The translations under genes and the position numbers were made by a program. Below, in pieces: positions 59,103 through 64,000 of a DNA stretch of 64,000 bases. This DNA is from an uncultured virus (IMG/VR IMGVR_UViG_3300042564_007246). Lineage: Duplodnaviria; Heunggongvirae; Uroviricota; Caudoviricetes. The notes under the pieces are model-generated. The model ran no database searches. It was not told the DNA's origin and saw only the letters and a list, made by a program, of their open reading frames with translations. Numbering within the stretch: the stretch's first letter is position 1; each line of letters begins with the position of its first letter. The stretch is from IMG/VR virus record IMGVR_UViG_3300042564_007246. The stretch is one strand, 5' to 3'.

Positions 59103-59318
59103 CTCACCAGCATCTATAGCATCAAAAATACTCATGTAATCAGCAAATTTAGGGTCATCAGGTACGTGCTCTGGAGCTGGTGAAATTGAATCACACTCAA
59201 CACGAATTGACCAAAGATTATCAGAGAAATAAGCTTTACACTTTTCATCTGGTTCCCATGATTCACGTCTAAGTGTAAATCCAGCTTGTAATTTGTCTAA
59301 AGCTTCTCTACCAGTCAT
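59070..59318 (-). CDS. Tad2/DUF2829-like protein, array member 2
   Basis: MTGREALDKLQAGFTLRRESW...EFLMDDWEIVE. Confidence 0.6.
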   Translation of the reverse strand: MTGREALDKLQAGFTLRRESWEPDEKCKAYFSDNLWSIRVECDSISPAPEHVPDDPKFADYMSIFDAIDAGEFLMDDWEIVE

Positions 59319-59560
59319 TCTAATATTTCCCAATCTTTCTTAAGTATATCATCAATTAATCCCTCTGCTATTTCTTGATTAAACATATTCGTCCAAGGGG
59401 TAATGGGATTTAAATCTGGTATTCTTGGAAACTCTTGTGCTTGATGAGAAAAATAACAACCATCAGATGTGAAATAAAAGTGCCAATCAGGATTTCTCCA
59501 ATTGACACATCTTATTTTCTTTCCTTTAGACAATTCTATTAAAGCTTCTATTCCGGTCAT
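59315..59560 (-). CDS. Tad2/DUF2829-like protein, array member 1
   Basis: MTGIEALIELSKGKKIRCVNW...DILKKDWEILE. Confidence 0.6.
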   Translation of the reverse strand: MTGIEALIELSKGKKIRCVNWRNPDWHFYFTSDGCYFSHQAQEFPRIPDLNPITPWTNMFNQEIAEGLIDDILKKDWEILE

Positions 59561-59772
59561 TCTTCATTTAACTTCTTAAAAGAATAATCTGCTTGCATAG
59601 GTAAAATTAAATATTTTATTGTCATCCAATTTGTTGTTCCTGATTTATGCTTTACTCTGTTTTGCAATTCATTGTTTTTGATTCGCCAAACAGTCAGATT
59701 TCTTTCATCTTTTACAATCAAAAAATATCCATCATTTAGTTTTTCAATAACATCAGAAGGAATAGGCAGCAC
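59557..59772 (-). CDS. Small hypothetical protein, paralogue of 57383
   Basis: KLNDG...WRI....L......W....LILP. Confidence 0.5.
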   Translation of the reverse strand: MLPIPSDVIEKLNDGYFLIVKDERNLTVWRIKNNELQNRVKHKSGTTNWMTIKYLILPMQADYSFKKLNEE

Positions 59773-60041
59773 TAGTCAACCTCATAGTTTTTCCTGAAAG
59801 TTTCTCTGACATTTTTATCCCAAAGCAACTCAGACGCAAAACCAATAGTACCGGAATCAAAATGAACCCATACAGTTTTACCATCATCAGAGAGACTAAT
59901 TTCAATGATATCGTCATTATTATATTGAAACTCTTCACAAAAAATAGATGCTATTTTAGATAAATAAGCTTTAAATCTAGTAAAACTGTATATTCGACCC
60001 CTAACATATTCTTCGCCATAAATTTTTGGATCAGTTTGCAT
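59772..60041 (-). CDS. Hypothetical protein
   Basis: 89-aa ORF; GAGG SD; coupled to the next ORF. Confidence 0.55.
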   Translation of the reverse strand: MQTDPKIYGEEYVRGRIYSFTRFKAYLSKIASIFCEEFQYNNDDIIEISLSDDGKTVWVHFDSGTIGFASELLWDKNVRETFRKNYEVD

Positions 60042-60219
60042 AAGTGTACCTCACCAATAAACTAACAATTAATGATAACATTGATATAATAATTAAGAGC
60101 TTAGTATTCATTTCAATAAAAGATTTGTCTTTTTCAAAAATAATTTTATATACCCCAGTCATAAAGTAGCAAACTAAAATAAGACATATAAAAGATAATG
60201 CTAATAAAAGAATAGTCAT
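60031..60219 (-). CDS. Small two-TM membrane protein
   Basis: Two hydrophobic helices. Confidence 0.55.
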   Translation of the reverse strand: MTILLLALSFICLILVCYFMTGVYKIIFEKDKSFIEMNTKLLIIISMLSLIVSLLVRYTYAN

Positions 60220-60222
60220 AAA

Positions 60223-60265
60223 AAAATCCCTATAAACAGTATACTGCGTATAAGGATTTTGTCAA
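60223..60265 (-). promoter_or_regulatory. Promoter centred in a 38-bp palindrome/terminator-like hairpin
   Basis: TTGACA-16 nt-TATACT. Palindrome 60223-60260 is centred on the -10 box; its 3' arm carries AGGGA and a U-run. Confidence 0.65.
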
Positions 60266-60276
60266 GAAAATATATC

Positions 60277-60465
60277 TTACACAAGTTGCCAAGTGTCTAC
60301 TTTTACATCTTCATCATTTAGATTTTTCACTACCCACTTTGTTTTGCTGTCAAATTTCTTCATAATTTTGTTGTCTGTAAACTTTATATAAACAAAATCA
60401 GAGTCAATAGGTCTTTTTGCAATAGAGCCATTCTTCACAGATGCCCACACATCATAAAAAGTCAT
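60277..60465 (-). CDS. Divergent Tad2/DUF2829-like protein
   Basis: MTFYDVWASVKNGSIAKR...EDVKVDTWQLV. Confidence 0.5.
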   Translation of the reverse strand: MTFYDVWASVKNGSIAKRPIDSDFVYIKFTDNKIMKKFDSKTKWVVKNLNDEDVKVDTWQLV

Positions 60466-60506
60466 TTCTGTACACCTCTATTAGTATATTTTCAGAACAA
60501 CACTTA

Positions 60507-61382
60507 CTAACCTTTCTTGTGCTCTTCTTGTATTTGGTCTACTTCTGCTATAACATCAACAGCTTCCCAATCATCTGCCAGCATATCTGTGTAATTGATA
60601 GTGAAAGATTTAGCAAATTTACCAACACCCAAATGAGGCAACCAACTTCTTCTTCTAATAGTCAATCCTTGATTTAAATCTTCTAAAACATCTTTGATTG
60701 TTCTGTTAGGTAAAATAACCCAATCTTCTGCAAAAAGATCCTCCACAGTGAAAATTGCTTTAGAATTGTCATATTTATCTGGTGGAAATAAATAAATATT
60801 AGGATTGCCTTTTCTTGTGACAATTTTACCATGATTGATCATTTTTAGAGCCCATGTGATATCGGGCTTAAATTCTATATTATTTTCTTTAGCAAAATCA
60901 TCAAAATTGCTTCCAATATATTTATTTCCAAAACTATCAAAAATTTCGGAATCAACAGCATAGGGTAAATAATCTTCACCTGGATCTAAATAAGGAGAAC
61001 CATTCTTATCCAATTTTGCTGCTTTCCAAGATTTATTTTTACTTTCATAGTGTGTGAAATCTTTGACTTCTTGACCCCACTGTTTAGTTTCATAATAATA
61101 CTTATATATTTTACCATCAACATGAGCAAAACCATATTTAGCCCAATTAGTGCCATTAGAGCGAGGATCTTCTTCTGCTAATAAATCATGGTAGATATAA
61201 CACCCATGAGTTTTCATCATGTTTATAGCTGCTGGTGTATTGTATTCTGCATTTTCGATATTGAAATCATAAAATTTGCTTACATTTTTGACATTCATAT
61301 TTATTCCAGTACGTTTTTCAAACTCACGAATTTTATTGTGATAATAATCTTTTTGACTTTTAGGCGATTTGTCCACGAGCAT
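60507..61382 (-). CDS. Fusion of an unknown N-terminal domain and two tandem minimal Tad2/DUF2829-like domains
   Basis: WALKMINHGKIVTRKG...EDLFAEDWVI and DVLEDLNQGLTIRRRSW...TDMLADDWEAV. Confidence 0.55.
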   Translation of the reverse strand: MLVDKSPKSQKDYYHNKIREFEKRTGINMNVKNVSKFYDFNIENAEYNTPAAINMMKTHGCYIYHDLLAEEDPRSNGTNWAKYGFAHVDGKIYKYYYETKQWGQEVKDFTHYESKNKSWKAAKLDKNGSPYLDPGEDYLPYAVDSEIFDSFGNKYIGSNFDDFAKENNIEFKPDITWALKMINHGKIVTRKGNPNIYLFPPDKYDNSKAIFTVEDLFAEDWVILPNRTIKDVLEDLNQGLTIRRRSWLPHLGVGKFAKSFTINYTDMLADDWEAVDVIAEVDQIQEEHKKG

Positions 61383-61605
61383 CCTCCAATGCAGAAATTA
61401 ATTTATCAAGTTCTTCTTTATCTAAAACAACTGAATCTGAGTAAGCGAAACCATCAAAAAGAATTTTCAATCTTTTTTTCCAATTCAACTTACCATCATT
61501 AAAACCATAATTCCAAAGTGAAATATCTACAGTTTTTAATTCTACATCGGGGCGTACATGCAGAGAATGGCACAAACAATCACAGTTTATTATGGTAGTA
61601 TTCAT
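61360..61605 (-). CDS. Hypothetical protein
   Basis: CDCLCH N-terminus; TGTGGTATGAT 6 nt upstream of the ATG. Confidence 0.55.
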   Translation of the reverse strand: MNTTIINCDCLCHSLHVRPDVELKTVDISLWNYGFNDGKLNWKKRLKILFDGFAYSDSVVLDKEELDKLISALEDARGQIA

Positions 61606-61695
61606 ATCTTAATCATACCACAAAAAAATATTTTAAAAAACATTTACAACAATATTATCACCACAAAAGTTTTATAACTTACAGGAGCAAAAAAA

Positions 61696-64000
61696 ATGTT
61701 TAATTTTTTTAAGAAAAAACTACCTAGCGATTTTGAGCAGGTACAAGAAAAGGGCAAGGAATTAAGTGAAATTTTTTACAACCCAAACCAAGAACAACCA
61801 GATTTTAATTTAATTGATAAAGTAAAAAAAAGCAAATTCCAAGATTTTGAAGTAGCATCATTTGCAAGTTTTTTTGAAAAGCTTGAATTGATACCTACTG
61901 TTGATCTTGGTGATGTAAATTTGAAGATTAGAACTACAAATCCTTCAGCACCAATTGATGCAGATTTATGTCAAGTTTGGATGAGAAGAACTTATACAAA
62001 TCCAACAAATGGACAAACCACAGAACAATGGCTTAGTTGGGTTCCTAATGATGATGTAGCTAAAAAATATTTCAAGTTTAGTTTATTCTCTGGAGAAACG
62101 CAAACTTTCAATTTTGATGTAAGCACATTTGATGTTGGAAAATATGATAGTTTTAGATTTATCTTCTTCACTTACCATTGGGACGTACTTGCAGATCAGA
62201 CAGCTGAAAATGTTTCATTTGAAATTACTACAAAACAGAAAAGAGTAAAAACTCCATTTGTCGAAATTTTATCCAACAAGATTCAAGACCCAGGTGTTGA
62301 TGGAAAATTGCATATTCCATATGTAATTAAGATGCCAGCTAAGACATTTACTACTTGGGGCGGGTGGTTCTTGTTAGCTAAAGGAGCTTCAATGTTTCAA
62401 CAGCCTTGGATTCCATATGCTAAAAAGAATGGCGCAGATGTTCTTCCTGACGGTGCAACAATGATAGCTGATGGTCCTGATCCATATTGGTATTCCGAAG
62501 GCGAAATTGTTTTTGATTATCCTTCTGTAAGTGGTATTCACAATTTACAATTTGGTTTGTTTGATTATAATTGGAAAATGCAAAACTGGGTTTATCCAGG
62601 CATTAATATTGAAGTCGGTGGAGATAATTGGGTTACTAAATGCCCAGATTCTAAATTGCCACCAAGACTAAGAGTTATCAATGGACAATTGGTAAAGCTA
62701 AGTGGCACAGGCGGAACTGGTGGGACTATATCTAATTGTACACCTTATAATATTTATGAAGGCACAACTGGAGCCAATGCAATCACAGCTATAAGAGGTG
62801 GAAATTACGGCAATCAATATTTGTGGTCAGAAGCACCTGATTATAATCGTACTGGATATTTTAGTTCATTGAAGTTTCTTGGACATAAGTTCTTAAGACT
62901 TTTATTTAACCCAGATAAGTATATTGCTGACAAGATTTACAGAAATAGAATTCAAGACACCATTGGTAAAATGCTTACTGCTGGATGTCATGTGATAGCT
63001 GGACCTCAACATATTCCATCAGGCAATGATTTGTATGAAAAATCTGAAGCTTTTTACAAGCTTGTTGAATTGATGGCTAACAATTGGAAGGGGTTACCAG
63101 TTTGGGTTAGCATTACAAATGAACCTAATGACATTGGTGACTGGAGTTTATGCAAGCCTATCTTTGAAAAGGCAATAACAATTTATCGTTCCATTGATGC
63201 AGATGCATTTATTATTTGTCCAACTTCAAAGTGGTCAAAAGAAAATACAACACCAGAAGCAAATGATTTAATCGATCCTGTATTAGTTGATGCATATGCT
63301 TATCATGCATACAACAATGCTAATGAGGTTGTTCCAAATCTTAAACCATTATTAGATAAAGGCGTAGCTGTAATTGTTGAAGAGTATGGCTGTGGAGATG
63401 CTGAATGGCAAAAAAGTATTAACATTGAAATGCAAAAGCTTTCAAAATTATATCCAAACCTTATAGCGTTTGCTACTTGGGCTTGGACAAGAGCAGGGGA
63501 AGATGCCTGTCCAATGGTTGAGGATGGGAATCTTGCTAATGTCAAATTAACTGCAGTAGGTCAAATGCAAGCGAAGGATTTGAAAACTTGGGACAGTGGT
63601 AACTTTATTACTGAAGGTGGTGGAACTCAACCAAATCCACTTCCTAATCCACAACCCGTACCTGTACATGTAGATGCTTACACAAAGGCTGAAATAGATA
63701 CAAAATTTACTGAATCATTAGCTTTAATAAATGAAGATTTTAAATTACATGTTAAAACTTCTTTAGAAAGTTATGATGTTCTTCAAGATGCAGAAACAAA
63801 GCAATTTTTTGAATCTGCTGTAGTAAATTTAGAACTTGTAGATATTGCTGAAATTGATGCAAAATATACAGATGTGAGTGAAGTTTCAGTTTTGTCAGGT
63901 AAAGAAATTGCTAAGTTCAGAGCTGATTTATATAACAAAGCTCTTAGTGATTATAAGCTTATGCTTAAAGCACCAACAGTAGCAAAATTGTCTGCTTATT
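61696..64000 (+). CDS. Glycoside hydrolase family 5-like protein (partial; continues beyond window end)
   Basis: Not in ORF track. AGGAG SD, ATG 61696, open to the edge. Shows FLRL, ITNEP (63118-63126), AYHAY, IVEEYG and ATWAW, then a P-rich linker and DAYTKAEID. Confidence 0.8.
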   Translation, partial: MFNFFKKKLPSDFEQVQEKGKELSEIFYNPNQEQPDFNLIDKVKKSKFQDFEVASFASFFEKLELIPTVDLGDVNLKIRTTNPSAPIDADLCQVWMRRTYTNPTNGQTTEQWLSWVPNDDVAKKYFKFSLFSGETQTFNFDVSTFDVGKYDSFRFIFFTYHWDVLADQTAENVSFEITTKQKRVKTPFVEILSNKIQDPGVDGKLHIPYVIKMPAKTFTTWGGWFLLAKGASMFQQPWIPYAKKNGADVLPDGATMIADGPDPYWYSEGEIVFDYPSVSGIHNLQFGLFDYNWKMQNWVYPGINIEVGGDNWVTKCPDSKLPPRLRVINGQLVKLSGTGGTGGTISNCTPYNIYEGTTGANAITAIRGGNYGNQYLWSEAPDYNRTGYFSSLKFLGHKFLRLLFNPDKYIADKIYRNRIQDTIGKMLTAGCHVIAGPQHIPSGNDLYEKSEAFYKLVELMANNWKGLPVWVSITNEPNDIGDWSLCKPIFEKAITIYRSIDADAFIICPTSKWSKENTTPEANDLIDPVLVDAYAYHAYNNANEVVPNLKPLLDKGVAVIVEEYGCGDAEWQKSINIEMQKLSKLYPNLIAFATWAWTRAGEDACPMVEDGNLANVKLTAVGQMQAKDLKTWDSGNFITEGGGTQPNPLPNPQPVPVHVDAYTKAEIDTKFTESLALINEDFKLHVKTSLESYDVLQDAETKQFFESAVVNLELVDIAEIDAKYTDVSEVSVLSGKEIAKFRADLYNKALSDYKLMLKAPTVAKLSAY

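Noticed and set aside
58108..59560. CRISPR array or DGR formed by the junction repeats
   Set aside because: The repeats are coding and ~200-250 bp apart with full ORFs between them. No cas gene, reverse transcriptase or adenine-specific TR/VR pair was seen.
1127..63545. Short antisense or nested ORFs in the track (e.g. 1127, 1976, 5424, 9142, 17493, 33350, 37413, 63303)
   Set aside because: They lie opposite or inside well-supported genes and show no motifs; treated as shadow ORFs.
1..64000. Stop-codon reassignment (alternative genetic code)
   Set aside because: Conserved genes are full length in code 11, and TAA, TAG and TGA all end genes at expected positions.
1..64000. Bacterial chromosome or plasmid origin
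   Set aside because: The terminase, divergent replication genes, dense small ORFs and lack of ribosomal or envelope housekeeping genes fit a large phage.

Overview
This is an AT-rich, gene-dense segment of a large tailed-phage (jumbo-type) genome in the standard genetic code. I saw no tRNA, rRNA, CRISPR array or integrase. The left end holds a terminase large subunit that runs off the window and is missing from the ORF track. Positions 5.8-39 kb are a mostly minus-strand replication, nucleotide-metabolism and transcription block. It encodes a bacterial-type Pol III replisome (DnaE, DnaN, DnaX, HolA, DnaB, DnaC-like loader, split DnaG), RecA, RecJ, an SSB-like protein, split Rad50/SbcC with Mre11/SbcD, NrdAB, dUTPase, PurA, a deaminase, three sigma factors (ECF-like, SigH-like, and one with zinc-finger inserts) and a SpoVS homologue. 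Positions 41-57 kb mix plus-strand, probably virion/late genes with nucleases and a 2OG-oxygenase/glycosyltransferase/methyltransferase cluster. Positions 57-61.6 kb are a small-gene accessory region. It contains a translationally coupled tandem array of Tad2/DUF2829-like (immune-signal sponge) paralogues with conserved junction repeats and hypervariable middles, the best candidate for a new system. The right end holds a GH5-family glycoside hydrolase that runs off the window. Two cross-window patterns stand out: a shared ~33-37-aa N-terminal leader on three unrelated plus-strand proteins, and many promoters whose -10 box sits 6 nt before the ATG (leaderless mRNAs). All family calls come from motif recognition by eye; no database searches were run.
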